28,068 bases of DNA from a virus (taxonomy: Duplodnaviria > Heunggongvirae > Uroviricota > Caudoviricetes): the IMG/VR virus record IMGVR_UViG_2663762948_000001, positions 1-28,068 of that record. One strand, given 5' to 3'. The position numbers were made by a program, and so were the translations under genes. The notes under the pieces are model-generated. The model ran no database searches. It was not told the origin of the DNA and worked only from the letters and a program-made list of their open reading frames with translations. Positions 8,769 to 17,796 of the stretch are shown here, one piece after another; the first letter of the stretch is position 1, and the number at the start of each line of letters is the position of its first letter.

Positions 8769-9094
8769 CAGGAGCCCTCCTCAGGTTCAGATTTACCGCG
8801 CCAGTTGCGATGAATGAACATCATGCGTTCGGCGGCTGCATTCTCATAAAGCTGCACTTCGCTTTGTGCCGTCCGGTGTTCAAACATGTCAGCAAAGACA
8901 AGCAGAACGGCGCCCTTAACGGCGGCAGGAATATCAGCCGCAACCTTCCATGCTGGTTCATCGCACCAGCGCATGCAGTAGTCAAAAGCGGCCTGGGCGT
9001 ACAGCGTGATCAGCTCGTCCCTGTCGTCTTCCTCAAACTCAATCTGCTGCTTAAACAGACTGAGGGGAATTACATCCAGAACATCTATCGCCAT
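8768..9094 (-). CDS. gp6-like head-tail connector protein
   Basis: 108 aa acidic protein immediately downstream of the major capsid gene. Confidence 0.6.
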   Translation of the reverse strand: MAIDVLDVIPLSLFKQQIEFEEDDRDELITLYAQAAFDYCMRWCDEPAWKVAADIPAAVKGAVLLVFADMFEHRTAQSEVQLYENAAAERMMFIHRNWRGKSEPEEGS

Positions 9095-9130
9095 ACGTTA
9101 AAAGGGCGGGTTTCCCCGCCCCCTCCATCA

Positions 9131-10285
9131 TTAGTCAGCAGAGAAGGTGCCCTTGATGATTGCTGTCGGGCGATAATGCGCCAGCGCCAGACGCTCTTCG
9201 CACAGGATGGTCAGCATGTTTTTCACGAAGTTATCGCGGTCTTCACGGCTAACTTCCACGGTGGCATCCATGCGATCCCAGACCTGTGAGGCCATATCGA
9301 AACCGCCTACGGTAAAGGTGCCGACGGCCTGCGCCTTAGTCGGAACCACTGGCAAGCCCCACATGATGTTACTGGTGAATGCCTGAGGACCACCGAAGAT
9401 ATAGCGGCCTTCATTGTCTTTCAGCAACGCGATGTTGTGCCAGTCGCGCGGGTTCAGGACGATACCGGAAGCGCTGAACTCAGACTCGGTCACCTGATAA
9501 ATAGCGTGAGCGATAATGTCAGCGCGGGTGTCGCCGGTGGCATTCAGCGAGGTGTCATAGGCGGTTGCCACTTTGTTCAGCCCTTCCAGGTTATCCCCGG
9601 TACCGTCGCCGTTCAGCAGCTGGCCCTCTTCCTTCAGTGCCAGGCCGTACATGAGGCGGTTGTTAATGTAGGACTGAAGCATTGGCGCATCATCCATCAC
9701 CTGACGTGATGCCTGCACCCAGTGCGCGATGGTCTTCACGTTCGCGGTTTGTTTGCTGAAGGTGATATCCGATTCTGGCTTCAGTGCTTTCTCTGCCACC
9801 ACGTCGGCGTTATTGGTAAACACCTCTTCACGCACATATTCCAGAGCGTTACTGGAAGTGCGGCCCTGAGACAGCAGATCACGAATGGTAAGACGGCGCA
9901 GGCCTGGCATGATGATGCCTGGGATCTGCATAGGCTGGATCAGTGAGCCAGCCGAACCAGCGTCACTGCCTAGTGACTTGTTAAACGTTTTAGCGCCAAA
10001 GGTGCCCTGTTTACCGTCCCATGACTTAATAAGCTCTTCAGCAGCCCGTTCAGAGAAGGATTTCTTCTCACCAGGATTCTCAGCGCCGGATGCCAGTTTC
10101 TGTTCCAGATCGAAGAGGCGAGCGCCGGATTTGGTCAGCTCTTCCTGTACTTTCATCAGGTCGGACTGCAACTGTTTGGAAACCTGGCCTGTGCTTTCGA
10201 TTTCTGCTTTCTGCGCATCGAAAAGCTGGGTCATTTTCTGCTGGGATTCTTCGATAGCTTTTTGAATGAGAGCGAGTTCAGACAT
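9131..10285 (-). CDS. Major capsid protein, HK97 family
   Basis: 384 aa downstream of the protease; N-terminal coiled-coil delta-like region, then a capsid-fold-sized body. Confidence 0.85.
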   Translation of the reverse strand: MSELALIQKAIEESQQKMTQLFDAQKAEIESTGQVSKQLQSDLMKVQEELTKSGARLFDLEQKLASGAENPGEKKSFSERAAEELIKSWDGKQGTFGAKTFNKSLGSDAGSAGSLIQPMQIPGIIMPGLRRLTIRDLLSQGRTSSNALEYVREEVFTNNADVVAEKALKPESDITFSKQTANVKTIAHWVQASRQVMDDAPMLQSYINNRLMYGLALKEEGQLLNGDGTGDNLEGLNKVATAYDTSLNATGDTRADIIAHAIYQVTESEFSASGIVLNPRDWHNIALLKDNEGRYIFGGPQAFTSNIMWGLPVVPTKAQAVGTFTVGGFDMASQVWDRMDATVEVSREDRDNFVKNMLTILCEERLALAHYRPTAIIKGTFSAD

Positions 10286-10287
10286 AA

Positions 10288-10977
10288 TTATTTACCTAAG
10301 TTAGAAGGGAAAGATTTGATGCTCTGAAGCAGAGCGTTTATTTGTGCTTCGTTTCCGTCGCCCTCGGACTCGCTCCGAATCGCTGACTTAAACCGGGCTA
10401 TTAGCCCAACTGCCTGTGATTTGGTGAGGCCGACTGAATCCCTCAGCCAGTTCTCCACATCACGAATCGTTTCAATGCCATCGACACTTTTCATGGCTGC
10501 GATGCCAGCCTGTTCGTTGGCGGGGAAAGTGCAGACGCTGATTTCGCGCAGAGCCTGGATATTCTTAAAAATGCGGCCTGTTGGAATGATGGTGTAATCG
10601 TCTTTCGAAACGGAAAAGCCAACCGACATACCTTCAACCGTACCGTGCTGCATTGCCGCTTTTAGGTCAGCGGCGCCGCTGTGTCCTGGGGTAAGTTGAC
10701 CGCGCACATACAGGCCTTTTTCGTCCTCAGCCAGGCTGTCCCATTTGCCAACCGGCAGTTCCCACGTCCTGTGGTTAAAAAACATCGCCACTTTTCGGGT
10801 CTGGTTCGCCAGCGCGTTTTTAAACGCCCCGGGCAGAATGATGTCGCCATCGGAATCGGTGTTATTAAAAACAGAGGCGTAGCCTTCAAAAATCCCCTGT
10901 TTACCGTCACCGGTGAATTTGATTTCTGTCTCGTCGAAGGACAGCGTTTTTACGATTTCAGGCATTACGGCCCCCAT
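10288..10977 (-). CDS. Prohead protease, HK97 family
   Basis: 229 aa between portal and major capsid genes; start is ATG 10977..10975. Confidence 0.8.
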   Translation of the reverse strand: MGAVMPEIVKTLSFDETEIKFTGDGKQGIFEGYASVFNNTDSDGDIILPGAFKNALANQTRKVAMFFNHRTWELPVGKWDSLAEDEKGLYVRGQLTPGHSGAADLKAAMQHGTVEGMSVGFSVSKDDYTIIPTGRIFKNIQALREISVCTFPANEQAGIAAMKSVDGIETIRDVENWLRDSVGLTKSQAVGLIARFKSAIRSESEGDGNEAQINALLQSIKSFPSNLGK

Positions 10978-10982
10978 AAAAA

Positions 10983-12257
10983 TTAAGCCCCGTTATTACG
11001 GGGCTCTTTGTTGGTTCCTAAATCGGTGATCGGCACGTATTGCGACTGGCGCATTGCCACATCGCCACCCGGCAATGGCGGGAGGTTGTCCGTTCGTCGC
11101 ATCTCGTTGATGGTGCGTAGCCCTGCCTCTCCCATTGCCTTCATAAAGGCAGCGCGGGATGCCGAATCGCCCCTCAGCAGGCCGTCGAGGTTGTGCTCAG
11201 CATGAATGCGGCCAACATCCTTAGCAGGAATAAGCCACCGCTGAATGCTGTTTTCCCACCTGGAGATATAGGGCTGCAGGGTGTACTGCAGGAAGCCGAG
11301 ATTCTGCTGCTCGATGCCCGATCCCCAGCTCGTTGATTTCTCGACGTCGCCGACAAGGTGAGGCGGTACGCCAAAGAATCGCGCCAGTTCACTTACCTGA
11401 AATTTTCGGGACGCCATCATTTCGGCATCCTGCGGAGTTACGCCAATTGCCGATGTAGAAAAACCCGCTTCCAGAATCCAGAGGCGTTTTTTTACCGGGC
11501 CGCCGGCGATCTCTTTGAAGTTCTCTTCGACCTGGGAGCGCTGCTGTTCAGTTAGCACTTTTTCGCCAGTTGAGAGGATTTGCGGAGACTTGGCGCCGTT
11601 GGCAAAGAAATCTCGCTGCTGGTCCTCCATCGCAACTGCCACACCTGCCGATTTACAGGCAAAAGCAATGGGTGACAGGCCTACAAGCCCGGTGAATCCG
11701 AAGCCTTTAAGGTGAAAAATCTCTTTCTGCGAAAAGTCGGCGTATTCGCTGTCGCGTTGATAGCGATAAACCACTTTTTTTCCGACTAGTTTCACATCCA
11801 TATTGGCAGACTGAAGCGGGAGAAGGCTGATCACGTCACCTGCGCTGTTGCGGTCCACAAGTGCATATGCGTTACCGTAGAAACAGAGCTGCATCGTCAT
11901 GGCCTCCCTGAATTCTTGGGCGGTCATGTACTGATTCGGCGAGTAGCGCAGCAGTCGCGCCAGTGGATTGCTCAAATCCACTTTTTTACGGTTGTCATTC
12001 TGGTCTGTTTCGAAGACATCAAGCGGTAAGCATGCCGTGAGCGTTGAAATCAGGCTCACGCAGCGCCACACAGTCGAAATTTGCAGTATCCGTTCATCGT
12101 TAATGGATGAATCGCCCAGGTGTCCGTGGGCCGAAACAGGCCCCGTCTGTGAGCCCTGATTTGGGGTGACTAAACGCCCGCCGACAAACCAGGACTGCAG
12201 CCTTGCCCACCAGCCGTTATTGGTTCGCAGGTCAATCGTGTATTTAGGTTCTTCCAT
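10983..12257 (-). CDS. Portal protein
   Basis: About 424 aa; ATG at 12257..12255 overlaps the large terminase stop by 1 nt; the ORF track's first codon at 12260 is GTG. Confidence 0.85.
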   Translation of the reverse strand: MEEPKYTIDLRTNNGWWARLQSWFVGGRLVTPNQGSQTGPVSAHGHLGDSSINDERILQISTVWRCVSLISTLTACLPLDVFETDQNDNRKKVDLSNPLARLLRYSPNQYMTAQEFREAMTMQLCFYGNAYALVDRNSAGDVISLLPLQSANMDVKLVGKKVVYRYQRDSEYADFSQKEIFHLKGFGFTGLVGLSPIAFACKSAGVAVAMEDQQRDFFANGAKSPQILSTGEKVLTEQQRSQVEENFKEIAGGPVKKRLWILEAGFSTSAIGVTPQDAEMMASRKFQVSELARFFGVPPHLVGDVEKSTSWGSGIEQQNLGFLQYTLQPYISRWENSIQRWLIPAKDVGRIHAEHNLDGLLRGDSASRAAFMKAMGEAGLRTINEMRRTDNLPPLPGGDVAMRQSQYVPITDLGTNKEPRNNGA

Positions 12258-13771
12258 CACATGCTCAGCGGTCGGAAAATGAAGTCGTCGAAGTCACCAC
12301 CCTGTTCGGTAACTTCCCCATTAGCAGCACCAACGGACATTGTCATTGCGACCATGCCATCAATACGGCCCGTTGCTTTGGATTTATCGAGCTTGCGGTT
12401 GCCAGCAGCATCTTTCACCACCACCGCATTCACAGCACACATCGTTAATACTGGGTGCATGCCATGCCTTACGCGCCCGTTAAGCATCAGAGACTCCAGC
12501 GTGTCTACAGCTGGCCCCATATCCTTAAAGCCCTGGCCGAACTCGACCAGCGGGAGGCTCAGCCCAATGGCATCGGCATCCTTCCTGAACTGGTCAATGC
12601 GCCAGCGGTCAAAAGCCATCGAGGTAAGGTCGAAATCACCGATAATTTCAGCTATATCCGCAACGACGAATGAGTAATCCACCGAAGCTCCTGGCGTGGT
12701 GCGCAGCAGCCCCTCCCTCACCCAAACGTCATAGGGTGCTCGGTCCGTTTTGGTTCGCTCTTCAAGAGTCTTTTGCGGTGTCCAGAAGAAGGGGAAAACA
12801 TCCCAGACACCATCATCTGCTTCACCAGCGATAACCAGCGCCGTTAAGTCGTTCCTGGCTGACAGATCCAGCCCCGCGTACCACTTCCTCGGGGTGTTAA
12901 TCGGCATCTCTCCGCAAAGCTCCCACACGCTGCGGGAGATAAACGGCGATACGGTAGACACGCGCTGATTGAGGTTGAGGTTTCGGAAGGTGTTTTCGAA
13001 GCTTGGCATTCGGCAAGCTTTCTCAGCCTGGCGCGCCATGTCTTTTTCTGACCTGAATGTTCCCAGTGCCGGGTTCGCAGCCAGCCAGGACTCGCGTTTA
13101 CTGATATCAGCGTCTTTTGGCGCTTCATAAACGTGGCACACGATGTGCGGATCTTTCGATTTGACCGCATCATCAATCCAGATGCTAAGCAGGTCAGCAT
13201 CGTTTGCTGCCTGCGTACTGATAACGATTAGCAGCGGGTTTTCATGAGCCCCCTGCGCCGTAGTTATTGCATCGATAAAATCATCCTGCGGGCCCCTAAC
13301 CTGCCCTGTTTCATCGAGAATGGCCAGAATGGGGGAAAGGCCGTGCGTCGTCTTACCTTCTGCGGATAAAGCCTTGTATTCGACGTTACACGGCAGGCCG
13401 ATCAGCTTTTTGCCGCTGGGCGTAATGTGCACAATCTCCTGCAGCTTGGGGTTCAGGTTAACCATCTTCACCGCGAGGTTAAAAACGATGGCCGCCTGTT
13501 CCCGGCTGAGTGCACCGCTGACAATCTGCGTGTTCTGCACCGCTTCAGGCCCCACCAGGTGAGCCAGCAGAATTCCGGCAATCAGGCCAGTCTTACCATT
13601 TTTTCGGGCGATGCTGAGGATCGCCATATCCGTTCCGGCTGGATTGTCGTAAACCGCCAGGATGAAATCTTTCTGAAAGGGGTCCAACCGCATAGGTTGG
13701 CCGATAAGCTTGCCTTCTGGCACGATGCAAAAGCGCTCAATGAACGCTATTACACGCTCACCTCGCGTCAT
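12257..13771 (-). CDS. Terminase large subunit
   Basis: 504 aa; N-terminal ATPase region with a Walker A-like SIARKNGKT, C-terminal nuclease-sized region; precedes portal. Confidence 0.9.
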   Translation of the reverse strand: MTRGERVIAFIERFCIVPEGKLIGQPMRLDPFQKDFILAVYDNPAGTDMAILSIARKNGKTGLIAGILLAHLVGPEAVQNTQIVSGALSREQAAIVFNLAVKMVNLNPKLQEIVHITPSGKKLIGLPCNVEYKALSAEGKTTHGLSPILAILDETGQVRGPQDDFIDAITTAQGAHENPLLIVISTQAANDADLLSIWIDDAVKSKDPHIVCHVYEAPKDADISKRESWLAANPALGTFRSEKDMARQAEKACRMPSFENTFRNLNLNQRVSTVSPFISRSVWELCGEMPINTPRKWYAGLDLSARNDLTALVIAGEADDGVWDVFPFFWTPQKTLEERTKTDRAPYDVWVREGLLRTTPGASVDYSFVVADIAEIIGDFDLTSMAFDRWRIDQFRKDADAIGLSLPLVEFGQGFKDMGPAVDTLESLMLNGRVRHGMHPVLTMCAVNAVVVKDAAGNRKLDKSKATGRIDGMVAMTMSVGAANGEVTEQGGDFDDFIFRPLSM

Positions 13772-13777
13772 AGTCTT

Positions 13778-14263
13778 TTATCCGTGCTTGGGAAAGGCGA
13801 TCAGGTTGTCGTCCTGGTCCTGATGCTCGTTTTTGGTATTCCGTGCATCACGATCGTTCTGATTACGTTTCTTCTGGTCGCGACTTTCGCCGTTGGTTGC
13901 GTGGGAGTGGATCTGGAGGTCGCGGCGCTGAGCCAGGATAGTTCGTTGTAGCTCAACAATCTGCTTGCGTAGGTCTTTGATAAGCCCTTCGTCGCGGCCC
14001 TCTCCGCGAATTCGCTCTTCTTTGCGTAAATCCTTGCGTAAAACGGTGATATAGAGCTGATTATTAGCAAGTTCTACGGCGGCTAGCAGGTCGGCAGGCG
14101 TCCAGCTGTCCAGAGCTTTCGATCTGATATTGTCATGCCAGAATGGTTCGGCTTTTTTCTCCAAACCTGCATGGGACGGCGGATCGATGGTGTCCACAGC
14201 TGCATTTTTCATGGCCTGAACCGCTGCCGCCGAACTGTCGGAACGGATTCGTTTATCTGCCAT
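13778..14263 (-). CDS. Terminase small subunit
   Basis: 161 aa, highly charged C-terminus, immediately upstream of the large terminase. Confidence 0.7.
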   Translation of the reverse strand: MADKRIRSDSSAAAVQAMKNAAVDTIDPPSHAGLEKKAEPFWHDNIRSKALDSWTPADLLAAVELANNQLYITVLRKDLRKEERIRGEGRDEGLIKDLRKQIVELQRTILAQRRDLQIHSHATNGESRDQKKRNQNDRDARNTKNEHQDQDDNLIAFPKHG

Positions 14264-14319
14264 ATGTCAACACCTTAAAACTAAAAAAATCGGGTTAGCG
14301 TTAAATTCAAACTTTGGCG

Positions 14320-14447
14320 GCGGTCATTTAGGGCAAAGGTTTTGAAGATTTGATCCCCCCCCTGCCATGAATGCGATTCATTCTCATTTGATATCGTTGC
14401 ATTTGAAATGATTTCACATGATAGATAATCGACTTGCCGCCGCCGCG
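14320..14447. other. Candidate cos region
   Basis: Non-coding gap between the HNH/small ORF and small terminase, with inverted GC-rich elements GGCGGCGGTCA (14324..14334, plus) and GCGGCGGCGGCAAG (14445..14432, minus) that resemble lambda cosN GGGCGGCGACCT, and a C8 tract at 14355..14362. Confidence 0.35.
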
Positions 14448-14651
14448 CTATGCCGAATGTTTGTCTACCTGTTCGAGTTTGTGATCGCCTTTCCCATACT
14501 CGGACCACACATGTCCTGAGACGGTCAATGTCGGTACGTCCTCGCCTACGGTGTGGGAGAACTGGATAGACGTTACGCGCTTCATCTCCACGCCATCAAT
14601 CGCCAGCTGAACAAACTTACCGTCTCGGTATTCAATGATGAGGTCTTTCAT
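14448..14651 (-). CDS. Hypothetical small protein
   Basis: 67 aa; ATG 14651..14649 overlaps the HNH stop by 1 nt; no recognisable motif. Confidence 0.45.
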   Translation of the reverse strand: MKDLIIEYRDGKFVQLAIDGVEMKRVTSIQFSHTVGEDVPTLTVSGHVWSEYGKGDHKLEQVDKHSA

Positions 14652-15004
14652 TACGTGCTCCAGTGAGACGCAGGATCGAGCGGGTAGCCGTTGGCATCAC
14701 AACCGATTACCGCGCCGCTCTTCTCCATTCTCTGTTTCGTTGAGTCATGATGCGCTTTGCACAGTGGCTGCCAGTTCTCTTTACTCCAGAACAGGAGCTG
14801 TGCTTTCGATATGGCCAGAGGGTTACCTGACTTAAGCGCATCTTTCAGTTTGTGGGGCACGATATGGTCGACCACCGTTGCTGGTGTTATGCGCCCCTGC
14901 TGCTCGCACATCACACACAGTGGGTGCTGCTGGAGAAAACGCAGACGGGCCTTATCCCATCGGCTGCCATATACGCGGGGCTCTTTGTTCATGCCAGTCT
15001 CCAT
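14651..15004 (-). CDS. HNH endonuclease
   Basis: 117 aa with CxxC...HxxxH...CxxxH spacing typical of HNH; adjacent to cos and terminase as in HK97-like phages. Confidence 0.8.
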   Translation of the reverse strand: METGMNKEPRVYGSRWDKARLRFLQQHPLCVMCEQQGRITPATVVDHIVPHKLKDALKSGNPLAISKAQLLFWSKENWQPLCKAHHDSTKQRMEKSGAVIGCDANGYPLDPASHWST

Positions 15005-15384
15005 GCACGGCGGCGTTCTGGTTCATGACCAGTTTGTAAATCTCTAACTGGAATTTCTGTTCTTCAGTCATGGGAATAATCTCTGCCATTGTTGGCTCCG
15101 TTTATCCGTTAAAAGGGATATCAGTTAAGTTATCCCGTGTAGGGTATAAGCCATTGTCGAGACCACTCATTGAATTGCCTCTGCAATAACCGATGTCTTT
15201 CCATCAGTCCGCCACCACAAAGAATCTTTTTTGCCATAAGGCAGGAGGTTTATCTTTCAGTGGCTGCCAGTGTTATTTCCCCACTTTCTGGCTTGGGTTG
15301 TTTCGCGGTGCTGCCGTTAATTAGTGACCAGAAATTAACTCCGGTTTCATTATCAAGCCCACCCGCAGATGAGCTTTGTAATGG

Positions 15385-15642
15385 TTACTTCGCTTTTGCT
15401 TCCGCTCGCTTACGCCGGCGCTCTTCTTTCCTCTCGGCTTTTGCCATGTCCATGAATGCCTGCATGATCGAGTTCCGCATCATGTAGCTGACAAAGTGAT
15501 GGTTGACGCAACCGTTAATACGGAGTTGCTCGCCAAACTCATCCACCGAGGCCAATGCTTCCATCATGCCCTTCTCGCCTTTCATGAACTCTGAGAAGTC
15601 GCGCCCCGCTCTGGAGGCGCATTCTATTATTCGGGTGCTCAT
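15385..15642 (-). CDS. Hypothetical protein with basic C-terminal tail, translationally coupled to the KilA-N gene
   Basis: ATG 15642..15640 lies 2 nt after the KilA-N stop; product MSTRIIECASR... ends KAERKEERRRKRAEAKAK. Confidence 0.45.
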   Translation of the reverse strand: MSTRIIECASRAGRDFSEFMKGEKGMMEALASVDEFGEQLRINGCVNHHFVSYMMRNSIMQAFMDMAKAERKEERRRKRAEAKAK

Positions 15643-15644
15643 GA

Positions 15645-16373
15645 TCAGGCCGCCGCATAGAGCAATTTCATCTGCCCTTTCACCGGGAATGCCGACATGC
15701 AACGCGCTTCGAAATCACGATAATCAGAGCACCCATTGGCAATGCTGGTAACGGCAATGATCTGTCGCTCAACCAATGTCAGCGCGTCAGGTTTAAGGTG
15801 CTGATGGATTTTGTCTCCCGCAGCCAGCCGTCTTTTAACCTCTGCATATACTTCTGGTGGTAATACCGGGCCATATACCCACTTGGCACTGATCATCCCA
15901 AATAGTGCTGGGCGACGACCTGGTCGATGGCGGGGCAGCCCTGACATTTTGAACATCGCAGAATAAAACGGATCGCTAAACCTCTTTTCCCATGGCTGAG
16001 ATTTATCCAGAAGGAAAATAGCCTTTATTCTTTCATCGTCGATATGATGAACGGAACCCTGAATGATTGCGTCAATTTGCTCATCACACCAGATCTCAAA
16101 ATCTACAGAAAGCCATCGAGCAAATCTGACCGCCAGTTTTGGGTGAAGCCATGTTCCGCCGCCACGGTCTTTGCGAGCGCGGCTGGTTTTTACATATGTG
16201 ATATTCCCATATCTACTCTTTAACGCCTCGATGTAACGGACAGTCTCAGGAAGCCTAAGCCACTGAGCCGGCTCCTTGTTGAACTTGTCAGCTGCCGCAG
16301 TCGCGTCAAACCAGCCATCGTCAGAAAAACGCATGGGATGGCCTTCGAAATCAATCGGGATGATATTGGACAT
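15645..16373 (-). CDS. KilA-N domain protein
   Basis: Probable start MSNIIPIDFEGHPMRF at ATG 16373 (the ORF track start at 16448 is GTG); the N-terminal region has the KilA-N/APSES-like pattern ...TWLHPKLAVRFARWLSVDFEIW. Confidence 0.65.
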   Translation of the reverse strand: MSNIIPIDFEGHPMRFSDDGWFDATAAADKFNKEPAQWLRLPETVRYIEALKSRYGNITYVKTSRARKDRGGGTWLHPKLAVRFARWLSVDFEIWCDEQIDAIIQGSVHHIDDERIKAIFLLDKSQPWEKRFSDPFYSAMFKMSGLPRHRPGRRPALFGMISAKWVYGPVLPPEVYAEVKRRLAAGDKIHQHLKPDALTLVERQIIAVTSIANGCSDYRDFEARCMSAFPVKGQMKLLYAAA

Positions 16374-16523
16374 CGTATTTACCTTTTTGGTGATATGAGC
16401 CAGTTCTCGCAGACATGGACAGCCCAAGAGCGGCACGATGTAAGCCACCGTCCTGTCTCTGTCTCATATCCCGAAAAGCTCTTGGTTGATATGCGCACGA
16501 GAATGCGCGTTTACTGCGGACAT

Positions 16524-16546
16524 AAAAAAGCCCCGCATCGCGAGGC
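16524..16546 (-). terminator. Intrinsic terminator downstream of Rz
   Basis: Minus-strand RNA has stem GCCUCGC/GCGGGGC with loop GAU, followed by U6. Confidence 0.55.
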
Positions 16547-16578
16547 TCATTAAATTGACTTTGTGATTTGCAAAAAAA

Positions 16579-17016
16579 TTATTTCAGGCATTGCGTCCTG
16601 ATGTATTCCTGCAGGTAGTTAACCTGCGCGGTTATCCTGTCGATTCCACTTCGGAGACGGTAATAATTGAGTTCAGCATCTGCTGTAAGTCTTGGGCTTT
16701 CTCCATCGCCCATGCTGCTGGCTCCGGTCGTTGACTTTGTACAGGTGGCGGCGACTTGCAGGCGCTTACGACCAGCAGAAACATCAGCACGGAGACTTTC
16801 GATAGTCGCGTTAGCATCAGCAAGCTCCTTTGTGTATCTGGCGTCAAGTTCTGCTACATCACGTTGACGCTTCTGCATGTCAGCGATTGTGGATGTGGCT
16901 TTATCGCGCTGCTCTTTGTAGGTAATGGCGTTATCACGGTAATGATTAACAGCCCATGACAGGCAGACGATGATGCAGATAACCAGAGCGGAGATAATCG
17001 CGGTGACTCTGCTCAT
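16579..17016 (-). CDS. Rz: Rz i-spanin
   Basis: 145 aa; N-terminal TM helix, then periplasmic coiled-coil; ATGA overlap with R; lambda-type position. Confidence 0.85.
   Translation of the reverse strand: MSRVTAIISALVICIIVCLSWAVNHYRDNAITYKEQRDKATSTIADMQKRQRDVAELDARYTKELADANATIESLRADVSAGRKRLQVAATCTKSTTGASSMGDGESPRLTADAELNYYRLRSGIDRITAQVNYLQEYIRTQCLK
16632..16817 (-). CDS. Rz1: Rz1 o-spanin lipoprotein embedded in Rz (+1 frame)
   Basis: Embedded ORF with signal peptide and lipobox (LLVVSAC), then a proline-rich region [14 protein letters not shown]. Start chosen at the internal Met preceding the signal peptide. Confidence 0.65.
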   Translation of the reverse strand: MLTRLSKVSVLMFLLVVSACKSPPPVQSQRPEPAAWAMEKAQDLQQMLNSIITVSEVESTG

Positions 17017-17489
17017 ACCTCAATCTCTCTGACCGTTCCGCCAGCCTCTTTGAATTTTGCAATCAGGCTGTCAGCCTTATGCTCGAACTGACCATAACCA
17101 GCGCCAGGCAGTGAAGCCCAGATATTGCTGCAACGGTCGATTGCCTGACGGATATCACCGCGATCAATCATCGGCAAAGCGCCACGCTCTTTAATCTGCT
17201 GCAATGCCACAGCGTCCTGGCTTTTCGGAGAGAAGTCTTTCAGGCCAAGCTGCTTACGATAGGCATCCCACCAACGGGAAAGAAGCTGGTAACGGCCTGC
17301 AGCTGTTGATTTGAGTTTGGGGTTTAGCGTGACAAGTTTGCGAGGGTGATCTGAGTAATCAGTGAATAGCTCTCCGCCTACAATGACGTCATAACCATGA
17401 TTTCTGGTTTTCTGACGTCCGTTATCAGTTCCCTCCGACCACGCCAGCATATCGAGGAACGCCTTACGTTGATTATTGATTTCTACCAT
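17013..17489 (-). CDS. R: Endolysin (lambda R-type lytic transglycosylase)
   Basis: 158 aa starting [39 protein letters not shown]; appears near-identical to lambda R from memory. Confidence 0.9.
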   Translation of the reverse strand: MVEINNQRKAFLDMLAWSEGTDNGRQKTRNHGYDVIVGGELFTDYSDHPRKLVTLNPKLKSTAAGRYQLLSRWWDAYRKQLGLKDFSPKSQDAVALQQIKERGALPMIDRGDIRQAIDRCSNIWASLPGAGYGQFEHKADSLIAKFKEAGGTVREIEV

Positions 17490-17796
17490 CTTCTACTCCG
17501 GCTTTTTTAGCAGCGAAGCGTTTGATAAGCGAACCAATCGAGTCAGTACCGATGTAGCCGATAAACACGCTCGTTATATAAGCGAGATTGCTACTTAGTC
17601 CGGCGAAGTCGAGAAGGTCACGAATGAACCAGGCGATAATGGCGCACATCGTTGCGTCGATTACTGTTTTTGTAAACGCACCGCCATTATATCTGCCGCG
17701 AAGGTACGCCATTGCAAACGCAAGGATTGCCCCGATGCCTTGTTCCTTTGCCGCGAGAATGGCGGCTAACAGGTCATGTTTTTCTGGCATCTTCAT
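17473..17796 (-). CDS. S: Holin / antiholin (lambda S-type, dual start)
   Basis: 107 aa with the Met-Lys-Met dual-start motif and three TM segments; appears near-identical to lambda S from memory. Confidence 0.9.
   Translation of the reverse strand: MKMPEKHDLLAAILAAKEQGIGAILAFAMAYLRGRYNGGAFTKTVIDATMCAIIAWFIRDLLDFAGLSSNLAYITSVFIGYIGTDSIGSLIKRFAAKKAGVEDGRNQ

Noticed and set aside
7882-10265. Plus-strand ORFs 7882..8403, 8159..8503, 8810..9289, 9437..9709, 9722..9946 and 9885..10265 across head and head-tail genes
   Set aside because: All are antisense to tightly coupled minus-strand structural genes and look low-complexity; no RBS.
12261-13951. Plus-strand ORFs antisense to the large terminase (12261..12677, 12455..12673, 12750..12968, 13320..13562, 13427..13951)
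   Set aside because: Antisense overlaps of a confidently assigned gene, with no start signals.
15004-15089. 44-codon minus-strand ORF (MAEIIPMTEEQ...) with a GGAG RBS overlapping the HNH start
   Set aside because: It could be real, but it overlaps the HNH start in another frame and is too short to judge; not reported as a feature.
15170-15487. Plus-strand ORF of 105 aa in the gap downstream of the KilA-N pair
   Set aside because: Low-complexity translation; overlaps the 3' end of the minus-strand gene; no RBS. The region is more likely non-coding.
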